DNA of 64,000 bases from Prevotella sp. (GTDB lineage: Bacteria > Bacteroidota > Bacteroidia > Bacteroidales > Dysgonomonadaceae): contig JAITVV010000092.1 of assembly GCA_031285625.1 (NCBI GenBank), positions 128,001 to 192,000 on the forward strand, given 5' to 3'. The position numbers and the translations under genes are program-made. Each line of letters starts with the position of its first letter. Position 1 is the first letter of the stretch. Under the pieces are notes generated by a model. That model was given only the letters and a program-made list of their open reading frames with translations. It was not told the origin of the DNA and ran no database searches. This document shows, piece by piece, positions 38,572 through 49,942 of the stretch.

Positions 38572-40722
38572 TTATGGAAATGAAGGCGGATCTACCTTAG
38601 TGCCCCATTGTAAATCAGGCTTGGAGGAAGTATTATATTCCAGTGTTGCTCCATTTGAGATATCCTTCCAGTCTATCCATGTACTATCATATGGTTTGCC
38701 ATCTATCTTTAAAGACCGTATATAAATATCTTTTTCCGACCCCCCTTTTATTACCAGGTCGCCATTCTTAAGCCGCATCTTTATAGAAGGGAAGATGGGA
38801 GTGTTTATTGAGAAGCCTCCAACACCCGGAATCTCCGGATATAGACCCACACATGCAAAAACATACCATGCACCCATTGTTCCCAGGTCATCATTTCCAG
38901 GAAGCCCATCAATCTTATTAAAGTACTGCTCATTCAGCACACGATTTATTATTTTCTGTGTTTTATCCGGACGTCCTACCCAGTTATATATCCATGGAAT
39001 ATGAAAACTAGGCTCATTTCCCGAAGCATACCAATCATCGTTATAACTTGCATCTAACCGTCTGAACAGATCATCAAGCCGCGCTTCCGCCTTGGCTTTA
39101 CCACCTACGATATCTATCAGTCCGCCTATATCATAAGGAACCATCCAGAAATAATTTTTGTATGTGGATTCACGGAAATCATCGCTTAATGGCTTCCATG
39201 AGCCATCCGCATTCCGGGATTGTAACCATCCTGTTTCAGGATTATACAGATTTTTCCACGATCGTGCAAAGTGAGTGTAGCGCCAGGTTGTAAATTCGTC
39301 ACCACAGGCATATAATGAAAATCTGGCAATAGCAAAATCGGCAGAGGTATATTCCAGTTGTTCAGATGCATTGTAATAGCCTTTTTCCAGATATTGTTTC
39401 AATCCCGGACGCACTTCTATTTTTTGTGACATTGAACCGGGAATTTCGGCTCCATGTTGCATTATCTTGAGGATAGGCTTAGGATTATAATTTCTGGCAC
39501 CAAATGCCCATGCATTTGAAATAAGTATCGGAGTAGGATCTCCCTGCATAATTCCGGTCTCTATATTTGCCATCGCCCAACGTGGAAATCCCTGTCCACC
39601 CGTTTCCTCTGCAAACAACTGATGAGAAATCACTATATCGGAAGCAATATCAGGATCGAGCATAGAAAGAAGCTGTATCTGTGTGTGATAGGTATCCCAG
39701 TTACTGAAAGAAGTATAATGTTTAGATTTAGTTTTATGGATCTTAAAATCCGCGCCCATATATTCCCCATTCACATCACTACAAACATTCGGATGAATAA
39801 GTACTCGATAAAGATGTGTATAAAACTGGATAGTGCGGTCAGGATTGGTTCCTTCCACTTCTATTCTGCCTAAATATTCATTCCATTTAGCTTCAGCCTG
39901 ACTTTTCGTAATATTAAAATTCCATCCTGTATTCTCAGCTCTCAGATTTTCTCTGGCATTTTCAATAGATACATACGAAACCCCTACTTTATATTGTACT
40001 ACTTTATTACTACTAACATCGAAAGTAAAATATACACCGGAGTTACTCCCTTCGGCAAAGGTTGATTTTTCTCTTATCTTATCGTCTTTCCATGTTCCTG
40101 TATCAACAGCTTTAGTATCAAATTCGGCAACAAAATATACCTTATACGGTGTAGGAGTTCCACAAAAATTACCTCCTTCGGCATACCCCTCACAAGTATT
40201 TGGACTTGTAATAATTACCGTGGCATTTTCTGTATGCGTTGCAGCTACACCTGCCCCGATTATAACAGTGCCTAAATTCTCACCCTGAGGATATTCATAG
40301 CGGGCCATACCTGTTCTTTCCGTAACAGTAAGTTCAGCTTTGATATCTTCCTGCACCATCGTTTCATAATAGCCGGCATGTCCTTTTTCTTCAGATAAAT
40401 TTATGCGATAGCTGATAATATCATCAGGGGACATTTGCAACCTTCCCTTTACCGGAAAAGTAGGAAAATTCCCCATATGCTCGCAGCCTCCACCGCTTAA
40501 CTGATTGATAACAAAACCCGACTGTTTGGAAAAATAAGACGGTGTAAACTGCACCATCCCGAAAGGATAAGTAGCTCCGGGATATACATATCCGGATGCC
40601 CAGCCTACCCCTTTATTACCGATGAGCGTATTTACCTTACTTGCATAGTCTGATAGTGCCGTTTGCGCATTCATTACTAAAAAAGGAATGATAAAAAGTA
40701 GACATATCAATCTGATTTTCAT
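38572..40722 (-). CDS. GH92 alpha-mannosidase
   Basis: PGATYPFGMVQ, WDTYH, QLEY, GNEPS, PGNDDLGTMGAWYV. Confidence 0.9.
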   Translation of the reverse strand: MKIRLICLLFIIPFLVMNAQTALSDYASKVNTLIGNKGVGWASGYVYPGATYPFGMVQFTPSYFSKQSGFVINQLSGGGCEHMGNFPTFPVKGRLQMSPDDIISYRINLSEEKGHAGYYETMVQEDIKAELTVTERTGMARYEYPQGENLGTVIIGAGVAATHTENATVIITSPNTCEGYAEGGNFCGTPTPYKVYFVAEFDTKAVDTGTWKDDKIREKSTFAEGSNSGVYFTFDVSSNKVVQYKVGVSYVSIENARENLRAENTGWNFNITKSQAEAKWNEYLGRIEVEGTNPDRTIQFYTHLYRVLIHPNVCSDVNGEYMGADFKIHKTKSKHYTSFSNWDTYHTQIQLLSMLDPDIASDIVISHQLFAEETGGQGFPRWAMANIETGIMQGDPTPILISNAWAFGARNYNPKPILKIMQHGAEIPGSMSQKIEVRPGLKQYLEKGYYNASEQLEYTSADFAIARFSLYACGDEFTTWRYTHFARSWKNLYNPETGWLQSRNADGSWKPLSDDFRESTYKNYFWMVPYDIGGLIDIVGGKAKAEARLDDLFRRLDASYNDDWYASGNEPSFHIPWIYNWVGRPDKTQKIINRVLNEQYFNKIDGLPGNDDLGTMGAWYVFACVGLYPEIPGVGGFSINTPIFPSIKMRLKNGDLVIKGGSEKDIYIRSLKIDGKPYDSTWIDWKDISNGATLEYNTSSKPDLQWGTKVDPPSFP

Positions 40723-40874
40723 ATTGTTTTCTTATTATTATAGGAAACTATTCCTGTTCATACCTAACATTGTCGCTGTTCCGAAAAATTCAGGTATTCC
40801 GTGCGTTTACTGCATAAACCGCCAGAACAGCAAGCAGATGTTACTATTCATTTATTTAATTAACTTTATTCGCC

Positions 40875-43151
40875 TTATTTCTTCGAAAGAGAGAATGGAG
40901 CAGCGTCTTTAGTTACACCTCTACTCCTATTTGGCTGCCCGCTCATTTCATATTTTATAGTTCCGCCGTTTACTATGTCTTTGTATGTGATATAATTTTT
41001 ATTCAATGCATTACCATTCAGTGTAACCGATTGTACATACACATTGTCCTTGCTATTATTATTTGCTTCCACAACAAATTTCTTTCCGTCTTCCATTGTA
41101 ATGGTTGCTTTCTTAAATAATGGGCTACCCAATACATATTGGTCAGTACCCGGACAAACAGCATAAATGCCCAATGCACTCAGAATATACCAGGATGACA
41201 TACCTCCCTGATCTTCATCTCCCGGATAACCTTTTTCTGAGGAATTGTACAACCTGTCCATAATCTGGCGTGCCCAATATTGAGTCTTCCATGGTTGCCC
41301 TGCATATGAATACATATATATCATATGCTGAATAGGTTGATTACCTTGTGCATACTGTCCCATACCGGAAAGTTCCATTTCTTTCATTTCATGGATTACA
41401 CTTCCGTATGTACCCGGTTTGATAACATTAGGAACAGTAAATACCGAATCCATTTTTGTTGTCATCTTATCAGGTCCGCCAAACAGGTCGATCAAGCCCT
41501 GTACGTCATGAAATACAGACCATGTATAATGCCACGCGTTACCTTCACAATACGGTCCACCCCATACGAATGGGTCGAAAGGCTCCTGCCATTTACCATC
41601 ATTGCCCCTACCCCTCATAAATCCTGTAGAAGCATCGAATACATTCCGGTAGTTATACATCTGTCTTTCAAAAACATCCATATAAAACTGATTTCCAGTC
41701 ATTCTGGCCAGCTCATAACCACACCAGTCATCATAGGCATATTCCAGTGTCTGAGCACTAGATCCCGACGACTCAGGATATGGTACATAGCCTAACTGGA
41801 AATATTCTTTCCAGAAGATGCGACCATTAGCCCCACCCCACGGGCCTTTATTCATAGCTTCATGTGCATAAGCTTTGAGAGCGCGTTGCGGATCGAATGT
41901 ACGGATACCCTTTGCCCATGCATCGGCAAGAAGTGAGATTGCATGGTTTCCGATCATACCACCCGTTTCTCCGGGTTGCGACCATGAAGGCAACCAGCCG
42001 CACTGATCATGAGCATCAAGCAAAGCATTCATATATTGTCCCTGCATAGTAGGATGAAGAATATTTGTCAACGGAAACTGTGTGCGGAATGTATCCCAGA
42101 ATCCATTATCGGTGTACATATAGCCATTATAGATTTTACCATCATAAGGGCTGTAGTAATATGGTTCATTATTCGCATTACGCTCGTAGAATTTGCGTGA
42201 AAAAAGATTGGCACGGAAAAGGCATGAATAAAATGTCCTCATCTGTTCATCTGTTCCACCTTCAACGACTACCCTGTTCAGCAATTTATTCCATGTCTCT
42301 GCACCACGGGCTTTTGTTTGTTCCAGATTCTTATCACTACCCAATTCCCTGTTTAACGTTAATAAAGCCTGTTCAGGACTTATATAAGACGAGGCTGCTT
42401 TTGCCTGCACCTTTGTCCCTTTTTTGAACTTGATATATGCTCCAGCTCCCTTTCCTTTACGGTGGGCTTCACCAGAGAATATCTCATCTTTCTGATTCTC
42501 CCATGTACCATAAGCTTCAAACGGTTTATCGAACTGAACAACAAAGTAGTTGCGAAAATTTTCCGCATGATTTACGAAGCGTTGATTGTTTACCCAACCT
42601 GTAATTTGTCTTTTCTGTGGGTCTATCGTAACCTCACTCATATCAGTATAGCCATCTAGTACCAGATAGGCATCGCCTTTAGGGGGAAATGAAAAACGAA
42701 GATGTGCTCCACGTGTAGTGGGAGCCATTTCGGTAGTAATTCCATTGTCAAGAGTAACCTTGTAGTAATTTGGTTTAGCTATTTCATTATTGTGGCTGAA
42801 TTTAGAAGCTCGCTTTTCCTGATTTACAACTAATTCTCCCACCATCGGCATAAAAGAATATACAGCATAGTCGCTCACCCACGGACTGCACTGATGTGCC
42901 TGCTGGAATCCGCGTATTTTGTCTTCAGCATATTGATATTTCCATCCTTCACCATTAGGCCCGGTCTGTGCCGACCATGTATGCATAGCATAAGGCATAG
43001 CCGTAGTGGCATATGTATTCCCATAACTTAATCCGAAATTAGAATCTGTTCCCTGTAAGGTATTTACATATTGCACCAGGTCTTTTTGCTGTGAATGCAC
43101 AGCAATAACTGATAATAAATAAATGAAAACGAATATTGCGATTTTTTTCAT
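40875..43151 (-). CDS. GH92 alpha-mannosidase
   Basis: WDTFR, QTLEYAYDD, EGNAWHY, GNQP, PGDEDQGGMSSWY. Confidence 0.92.
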   Translation of the reverse strand: MKKIAIFVFIYLLSVIAVHSQQKDLVQYVNTLQGTDSNFGLSYGNTYATTAMPYAMHTWSAQTGPNGEGWKYQYAEDKIRGFQQAHQCSPWVSDYAVYSFMPMVGELVVNQEKRASKFSHNNEIAKPNYYKVTLDNGITTEMAPTTRGAHLRFSFPPKGDAYLVLDGYTDMSEVTIDPQKRQITGWVNNQRFVNHAENFRNYFVVQFDKPFEAYGTWENQKDEIFSGEAHRKGKGAGAYIKFKKGTKVQAKAASSYISPEQALLTLNRELGSDKNLEQTKARGAETWNKLLNRVVVEGGTDEQMRTFYSCLFRANLFSRKFYERNANNEPYYYSPYDGKIYNGYMYTDNGFWDTFRTQFPLTNILHPTMQGQYMNALLDAHDQCGWLPSWSQPGETGGMIGNHAISLLADAWAKGIRTFDPQRALKAYAHEAMNKGPWGGANGRIFWKEYFQLGYVPYPESSGSSAQTLEYAYDDWCGYELARMTGNQFYMDVFERQMYNYRNVFDASTGFMRGRGNDGKWQEPFDPFVWGGPYCEGNAWHYTWSVFHDVQGLIDLFGGPDKMTTKMDSVFTVPNVIKPGTYGSVIHEMKEMELSGMGQYAQGNQPIQHMIYMYSYAGQPWKTQYWARQIMDRLYNSSEKGYPGDEDQGGMSSWYILSALGIYAVCPGTDQYVLGSPLFKKATITMEDGKKFVVEANNNSKDNVYVQSVTLNGNALNKNYITYKDIVNGGTIKYEMSGQPNRSRGVTKDAAPFSLSKK

Positions 43152-43357
43152 TTGAATTTAATGTTATGTTTTTATGTTATCGTAATTTTGTCATCCTGAC
43201 CATCAGAAAGGGTCTCGACCTTATAAGTAAGAACCAGAGAGAAAAGAGATTCTTCACTTCGTTCAGAAACAACTGTTAGCTCTGCTGATTCTTCGAATTC
43301 GGCAGAGCGAAGCATAGCCAATGACAAAGAGAAATAACTCTTATTAAAAATACCTTA

Positions 43358-45688
43358 TTATATTCCCCACTCTTTATTCGGTTGGTCTCCCATATACAAC
43401 TCAAGTACCCCGCCTTTAGAAATCTCTGAAAAATCGATAAAACAATCTTTATATTCCTTACCATTTAGCAAAGCTTTCTGGATATAGATATTCTTAGAAG
43501 AGTTATTATGAGCTTTTATTGTAAATGTATCTCCTGTATAATATTTAGGATCAAGCTTAAATTCCACTTTATTAAAAACAGGGCTGGTAATTTCTAAACG
43601 TGTATCTCCCGGGCATACAGGATGTAATCCTGATGCTGCTAATACATACCAAGCGGACATCTGCCCCACATCTTCATTTCCTACAAGTCCTTCCACCTTA
43701 TTGGTATAAGCTTTGTCGCAAATATGTCGTGTCCATTTTTGTGTAAGCCATGGTGTACCCAAACGGTTGAAAAGGAAAGGAACATGATGGACCGGCTCAT
43801 TGGCATGATTGTAATAATCATTCCATAAAAGGCTTTCAGGTGTTTTCTCAAACATATTTGTAAGGTCGGCAACAGTTTTCTCCTGTCCTCCCATCAGTTC
43901 GACCATACCCGGAATATCATGCGGAACAAACCAGCCTTGCTGATATGCATTGGATTCTATACATCCGTACCATTCTTTGATACGTGCATTTTCAGGCCAT
44001 TCTTCCCAAGTACCATCTTCTTTTTTAGGGCGGAACCAGCCTTTTTCTTTGTCGAAAATATTCTTATATGCCTGCCCTTTCTCTGCGAATAATTTCTCAT
44101 CATCTGATTTTCCTAATTCTTTAGCCAGGCGTGAAATACACCAATCGGTATAGGCATATTCCAAAGTATGGGAAATACTCAAAGAACCTGCCGTATAACC
44201 AAGTTTATCATTACCAAATATCTTTGAAGTGTTTAAGGCATATTTATAAGCTTTCTCAACATCATAATTGCGAATACCTTTGGTATATGCATCAGCTAAA
44301 ACAGATAACGCCGGATTACCGATCATGCAACCGGAATATGCGTTTACTATTTCCCAACGCTCATAATATTCGCGACTACTTTCGTCAGCCAAAGTTATCA
44401 AAGAGTTTAACTGATCATTTACCAATTCAGGATTGATAATTGTCTGAAGTGGAAACTGACTGCGGAATACATCCCAGCCACTGAAAATAGTTCGTTTTGT
44501 AAAATCTGTTGTACCATGAACCTTTTGATCTCCCCCTATATATCGTCCGTCTACATCAGCATAGGCACGCGGGTCTATCATTGTATGGTAAAGGGATGTG
44601 TAAAAAATCGTTTTCTCATCTTTTGTACCGCCTTCTATCTTAATACGTCCGAGTTCTTTATCCCAGAGGCTTTTTGCTTCTTTTTGAATCTGGTCGAAAT
44701 CCTTATTCACCATTTCCGCTTTGAAATTTTTCTCTGCACCATCCATATCTACAAAAGATATTCCTACTCTCAGTATAACTTCTTCGTCTTTCTGAGTTTC
44801 AAATTCAGTGAAGAAACCAAGATGTTTTCCTTCAAGTTCTTCTTTCCCTTTAATTACAGGTGCTTCGGAAACTCTTTGCAGATAAGGGATACCTGTTGCT
44901 TCATCTATTTTACGTTTCCAGTCGTCAGGTATATTAGCACTCCAAAATCCATAATTATTAAGCGGCTTACTAAACTGTGCATAAAAATGAACGGTGTAAT
45001 CGGTCTTACCTTCGCCATTTCCCCAGCCTCCGCCATCAGGAGTACATTTCATCCATCCTTGGATAGTACTATCGTTCACTACCTTAATATATTGGTAAAC
45101 AGAAGTCCCACCTACCCTACGGGCCAAATCTATTTGAATGCGCGACTGTTTGTTTTCGGGGAATGTAAACTTTAATATCCCACTATGTGGTGCTGCAGTA
45201 GCCTCTACTTTGATATTATAATCGGTAAGTTCAGCCGAATAATAGCCGGCTTTGGCAATTTCTGTATTCTTATTGTATGATGAACGATAACCTTTTATGC
45301 TTCCATCCTCTTTACCTGCAATTGTTTTCAGAGATCCGGTGGTAGGCATTACAAGGAAATTACCTAAATCGCCATACCATCCCACTCCACTCATTTGAGT
45401 AAATGCAAAGCCCTCAATAGTCTGATGCTCATAGCTATAACCGGGACTATTGTCTCCCCCAGTGATAGTATTAGGACTTACCTGAACCATACCATAGGGA
45501 GTAGTTACACCGGGGAAAGTTTTCCCCAAGCCATGATAAGTTCCGGCAGCACCAACACTGGTACTGGCTCCAATAAAAGGATTAACATAATCAGAAGGGC
45601 TAAAATCTTCTACAGGCTTCGTAGCTGGAGTGCAGCTTGCTGCTATCAGACATAATCCTACTATAGAAGTTATTATCGCTTTATACAT
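43358..45688 (-). CDS. GH92 alpha-mannosidase (lipoprotein)
   Basis: VNPFIG, PYGMVQ, WDVFR, TLEYAY, ANEP, GNEDVGQMSAWY. Confidence 0.92.
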   Translation of the reverse strand: MYKAIITSIVGLCLIAASCTPATKPVEDFSPSDYVNPFIGASTSVGAAGTYHGLGKTFPGVTTPYGMVQVSPNTITGGDNSPGYSYEHQTIEGFAFTQMSGVGWYGDLGNFLVMPTTGSLKTIAGKEDGSIKGYRSSYNKNTEIAKAGYYSAELTDYNIKVEATAAPHSGILKFTFPENKQSRIQIDLARRVGGTSVYQYIKVVNDSTIQGWMKCTPDGGGWGNGEGKTDYTVHFYAQFSKPLNNYGFWSANIPDDWKRKIDEATGIPYLQRVSEAPVIKGKEELEGKHLGFFTEFETQKDEEVILRVGISFVDMDGAEKNFKAEMVNKDFDQIQKEAKSLWDKELGRIKIEGGTKDEKTIFYTSLYHTMIDPRAYADVDGRYIGGDQKVHGTTDFTKRTIFSGWDVFRSQFPLQTIINPELVNDQLNSLITLADESSREYYERWEIVNAYSGCMIGNPALSVLADAYTKGIRNYDVEKAYKYALNTSKIFGNDKLGYTAGSLSISHTLEYAYTDWCISRLAKELGKSDDEKLFAEKGQAYKNIFDKEKGWFRPKKEDGTWEEWPENARIKEWYGCIESNAYQQGWFVPHDIPGMVELMGGQEKTVADLTNMFEKTPESLLWNDYYNHANEPVHHVPFLFNRLGTPWLTQKWTRHICDKAYTNKVEGLVGNEDVGQMSAWYVLAASGLHPVCPGDTRLEITSPVFNKVEFKLDPKYYTGDTFTIKAHNNSSKNIYIQKALLNGKEYKDCFIDFSEISKGGVLELYMGDQPNKEWGI

Positions 45689-45715
45689 AATAATTTGGCT
45701 AGGTTAATATATTAG

Positions 45716-48244
45716 TCAATTAGTTTTTAATAATAGTGTTTTTATCCCGAAACGAGGCATAGACATTGAAATATTTCTCTGATCTTCAACTTTTTTTGTA
45801 ATGATATTTCCATTCAGATCAACTTCTTCTATACTGGAAACAGGGAATTCAAATTTAATTTTTTTTATTGAATCATCACTCTCTGCATTAAAAAACCTGA
45901 TGAGAATATTATTACCCTCAATTTTGAATGCAGTGACTTCATACCCCGGTTTATCTATACTCAGAAAAGATTTATCTGTCAGAGATATTTCTTTATGGAA
46001 AGAAGCTACTAATGGTTCATTCCATTTATTACTTTCTGTAGATATTGCAGCCTTATCCCACTTCCCACTATGAGTAATAATAGCATATTTCATTTTTAGG
46101 GGACGTGTAATCTTATAATCCGGCCCCCATAGGCCAACACCTGAATACTGAACGGTGAGGCCAAGAGGGGAATCCTCTGCATAAGAGTAAGAAGTTGTGT
46201 GGTCGGAAAGTACTGCTAGTCCATGTTTCTGATCTTTCTGTACTAGATCTACCCAATTCAGGATAATATTGTGCTTTATGCTATCCCATGTTCCGAAAAA
46301 AGTATTATCCAACTTACTTTCGCATACATCAAACGGGGCATTCTTATATAAAGTAGAAGATGATAAAGCTACAGGAAACAATACGTTTAATTTAAACTCA
46401 TCATTCGTATATGCTCTCCTGTTGTCGCGCCAGTTATCACCCTGTTTGTATTCGCCTATACCTACATTATTTTTCCAATTTACAGTCAGGTCAAAATCAA
46501 TACGCTTCTGGCCTTTGGTCAAAGTTATCATCTGACTGAAAGGATGTGAAGCAATTTCTCCTTCCACTTTTACTTTTGTACTGAAAGAATTATTTTCCAG
46601 TATAGTTATTTTAGCAGGGGAATCTGTTGTGGAATAGAATTTACCTTCATCATAGAAGTGTCCTCTGAGTTCTCCCATACTATATTTATTAGTTTTATCT
46701 ACGTATTCCTTATTTCCTTCCGCCTTTGCAATGAGGCTTTTGATTATACCACCTTTTGCAGGATCGAGTACGATCCTGTACATATCATTCTCAAGGATAT
46801 AATCCCCATTGGTACTGGTATGTACAGGAATACTCTTATTTACCGTAGCCTCTTTTCCTAAAACCTTAAATGTTGCATACCCTAAAGCAGGAACTTCTGC
46901 CTGAAAGGATACACAAATAGAATCTCCAACCTGCTCTGAATGAGAAGGTAGCAATTTATTACTTGAATTATATATAGCTACATCCCGCTGAACACCAGAT
47001 ATTGGTAAAACAAAATGAACCGGTTCGGTACGTTTTATGCCCAAAGTATTATATACCCTGATATAACCGTAACTATCTACGCCTGAGAGATTATAAGAAC
47101 CAACTGCTGCCTCAACCACATTATCAGCTATTTCATTTGTATTATTAGTCCATAATGTAATTTCCTGAGCCCATGTGCGACCCTTATATAAGCCGTTGTA
47201 AGGTACTATCCATGAGTCGTGATGCTGGGCCATCAATAAAGTACGCCACGCATCGTCAATTTTCTCCTGAGACGGATAATATTTATTATCGATATTTGCC
47301 ATAGCAGCTATCTTTTCAGCCATAACTATTTTATTCTCAGATACCCGAACTTCCTGTGCTATCTTTTGCAGTACCTGACTTCCCCACATTAAATTTACCC
47401 GGACATCTTCCTGCGAAAAATGATAATTATCATCTGTTCTGCCATCAGAAATATTTTCGATATAATTCTTCCATGTAGTGTATATGGATTTATTTTTTAT
47501 ACTGTCACCAAAGCCTATCCACGGCCCATTATTCCATCCGGCATCCTGATAACACATCCCCACAGGGTTCTTTATTCCATAGTCAAAGCTTGCCTTAAGA
47601 TATAAATCTGAATTACCCCATGCCTCTGTCTGCCATGTAGAATTATCTTCCAGTCTTTCGCTGGCGTACCGCGGAACTGTAAGTATAGATGTACCATCAG
47701 GTCCTATCCAGTTAACCAACTGTCTGCCATACGGCGCAGTATAGCCACCCCAACATGTATTGGGGCACTTTAATACTGCATATTTGAAACCAAACAATCT
47801 CAATATTTGAGGTAGACTACTTGTAAAACAAGGTTCCTCTACCGAATAAGTTATAAAATTGACATCAGGGAAATGTTGATGTATTTTCTTTATACCATAT
47901 TCAAATTGACGTATAATACTTTCACCTGAAATATTGTAGCAATAAGGCTGTGCATAAGTAGGATTTGTAAATTCTATCCTTTTGTCCGCCGCCATTTTTT
48001 TGAAATTATTATAGGCAACCCATTCCTTTACTTTTACAGTATCCCACGTTTCAGGTTCTATCTCCAATCCTATCTGCCATTCAGGATGCTTAGTAAGCCC
48101 ATCTACCATAAATTGTGTGACCCACATGGGATAATGTCCATAAATACCTCCATGATAACCATCAACAAAATAAGCCTGCTTCTGGGAGAAAATATTACCG
48201 CAAAAAGAAAGAAAAAGTATCGCAATAGCAGCTGTTTTTCCCAT
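45716..48244 (-). CDS. GH38-like alpha-mannosidase
   Basis: GESIIRQFEYG, LPQIL, LLMAQHHD and LENDMYRI motifs. Confidence 0.8.
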   Translation of the reverse strand: MGKTAAIAILFLSFCGNIFSQKQAYFVDGYHGGIYGHYPMWVTQFMVDGLTKHPEWQIGLEIEPETWDTVKVKEWVAYNNFKKMAADKRIEFTNPTYAQPYCYNISGESIIRQFEYGIKKIHQHFPDVNFITYSVEEPCFTSSLPQILRLFGFKYAVLKCPNTCWGGYTAPYGRQLVNWIGPDGTSILTVPRYASERLEDNSTWQTEAWGNSDLYLKASFDYGIKNPVGMCYQDAGWNNGPWIGFGDSIKNKSIYTTWKNYIENISDGRTDDNYHFSQEDVRVNLMWGSQVLQKIAQEVRVSENKIVMAEKIAAMANIDNKYYPSQEKIDDAWRTLLMAQHHDSWIVPYNGLYKGRTWAQEITLWTNNTNEIADNVVEAAVGSYNLSGVDSYGYIRVYNTLGIKRTEPVHFVLPISGVQRDVAIYNSSNKLLPSHSEQVGDSICVSFQAEVPALGYATFKVLGKEATVNKSIPVHTSTNGDYILENDMYRIVLDPAKGGIIKSLIAKAEGNKEYVDKTNKYSMGELRGHFYDEGKFYSTTDSPAKITILENNSFSTKVKVEGEIASHPFSQMITLTKGQKRIDFDLTVNWKNNVGIGEYKQGDNWRDNRRAYTNDEFKLNVLFPVALSSSTLYKNAPFDVCESKLDNTFFGTWDSIKHNIILNWVDLVQKDQKHGLAVLSDHTTSYSYAEDSPLGLTVQYSGVGLWGPDYKITRPLKMKYAIITHSGKWDKAAISTESNKWNEPLVASFHKEISLTDKSFLSIDKPGYEVTAFKIEGNNILIRFFNAESDDSIKKIKFEFPVSSIEEVDLNGNIITKKVEDQRNISMSMPRFGIKTLLLKTN

Positions 48245-48257
48245 AATTATTAATCCT

Positions 48258-49646
48258 TTATTTAGCTTTTACCAAAGTTATTTTTCTCTTAACAGGAGAA
48301 TTAATATCATAAATAGCCGAAAGGAGCATGTCCATTTCATCCTGCCATGCTTTTCTAATCTCAGGATACATTACTTTACTATAATGATCACGCTTAGAAT
48401 TCAACCAGAAGTTTTTTTCCTTATTTTCATCCACTACTTTAATAGCGTCTCTTGTACTAATATCGCCTGTTATACCTTTCGATAAAAAGAAATTAAACTT
48501 TATCCATGCATACTCCCTGAAACGACGCTCTATTTCCCAACGCTCTTCATTCAGAAACATTATTTTCAGTGCCTGCTGATATTGTGGTGTATTTGTAAGG
48601 GTTGCCAGGTTGATTCCTTTAGCAAAATCACTGGCAGACCATGTACCGATTTCTTCTTCATCTATCAAAAGTCTGTAATTCCCTTTAAGACCTTTTACTG
48701 TCAGCATTTCCTTATTCATTTCATCAATGAAAGGTACAATTTTTACAGCTTCTGCCTGGCTTTTCTTTTGCTCCCATCCACGGGCAATAGTATCCATCGG
48801 ATATGGTAATGCATTTGCCAGATAATCGAATTCTATTCCTCTGGCTGTCTTTCTGATATCTGTTATTTTACAATTTGATGATGAAGTTACAGAAGCCTTG
48901 GAAGCATCTATATTTATATCTGCCACTTCTTTTCCTGCAAGGCCCTGTGCTTTAAGTATTAGGTAAGCCATAACCATATGTCCGTCATTATCAGGATGAA
49001 TCCGATCTCTACCACAAAGAGTAAATGTAGGATCCTTCTGTTGGAATTGTTGGTTAAGGGCTGTCATTGGTTGATTAAGATCGAAAAACTGCCACCCATT
49101 TGCCTTTGCCGATTCCCTCTGAAAATCAACAATACGAAGCATTGCTTTATTCTTATTCCTCAAAGGTGTATTCCCTTCTATAACTGCAGTTTCGTCGAAA
49201 GGCGAGCTGCCCATTAGTACTATATTGGTATTTACCAGACTTTTAAACCGAGCTTCCATCTGCTTATAAGCATCATAGGATGCTTTCACTTTCTCATCCG
49301 CGAATTTCTCAGGTTGGTCACCATTATATTCCAGATAACCGGAGTCGTTCATTCCGAAGGTTGTGATCAGAACAGTAGGTCTTTTGCTGAAAACATCCCC
49401 ATCGAGCCGTTTTACCATATCACTGGCCTGATCACCTCCAATTCCAGCGTTGAGAACAGTCAATCTCATATCAGGAAAACGAGTCATATAATAGAGCCAT
49501 ATGTATGAATGGTAATGACCGCCGTCAGTTATACTATTACCAAGAAATACAACCCTGTCACCATCTTTAAACGGTGGTATTTGTTGAGCCTTAACAAGTG
49601 AATTTAAGGAGAATAGAAGAACAATGGTTAAAAGTATATTTTTCAT
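48258..49646 (-). CDS. SGNH/GDSL carbohydrate esterase
   Basis: FLGNSIT, NAGIGGD, FGMND and DRIHP motifs. Confidence 0.88.
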   Translation of the reverse strand: MKNILLTIVLLFSLNSLVKAQQIPPFKDGDRVVFLGNSITDGGHYHSYIWLYYMTRFPDMRLTVLNAGIGGDQASDMVKRLDGDVFSKRPTVLITTFGMNDSGYLEYNGDQPEKFADEKVKASYDAYKQMEARFKSLVNTNIVLMGSSPFDETAVIEGNTPLRNKNKAMLRIVDFQRESAKANGWQFFDLNQPMTALNQQFQQKDPTFTLCGRDRIHPDNDGHMVMAYLILKAQGLAGKEVADINIDASKASVTSSSNCKITDIRKTARGIEFDYLANALPYPMDTIARGWEQKKSQAEAVKIVPFIDEMNKEMLTVKGLKGNYRLLIDEEEIGTWSASDFAKGINLATLTNTPQYQQALKIMFLNEERWEIERRFREYAWIKFNFFLSKGITGDISTRDAIKVVDENKEKNFWLNSKRDHYSKVMYPEIRKAWQDEMDMLLSAIYDINSPVKRKITLVKAK

Positions 49647-49652
49647 TTCTTA

Positions 49653-49880
49653 TTATTTTGATTTCTTTCCTTTCTGAGCATATTCTACAAATTTAGAAAG
49701 TTTTATTTTAGCTATTGGCATATCTTTTTTGCGAAGAAGTAATTCTGTTAATCCTATTAAGTTTTGAGTTTCAATAAACTCCTCTGTCAAATCAGTATCT
49801 TGGCTGATATGAATAAGAATGTCCTGCTTTTCTTTTTCAGTAAGTTCCCCGCTAAAGTATTTACAAATAAGATCGTCCAT
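49653..49880 (-). CDS. Short protein resembling only the N-terminal domain of a FecR-type anti-sigma
   Basis: MDDLICKYFSGELTEKEK pattern directly after an ECF sigma; no TM or periplasmic part. Confidence 0.55.
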   Translation of the reverse strand: MDDLICKYFSGELTEKEKQDILIHISQDTDLTEEFIETQNLIGLTELLLRKKDMPIAKIKLSKFVEYAQKGKKSK

Positions 49881-49942
49881 TCAACTTCTTTTTTTATTAT
49901 GAACGATTCTCTAGTAAGATACCCCCAAAAAAGATTCAATAT

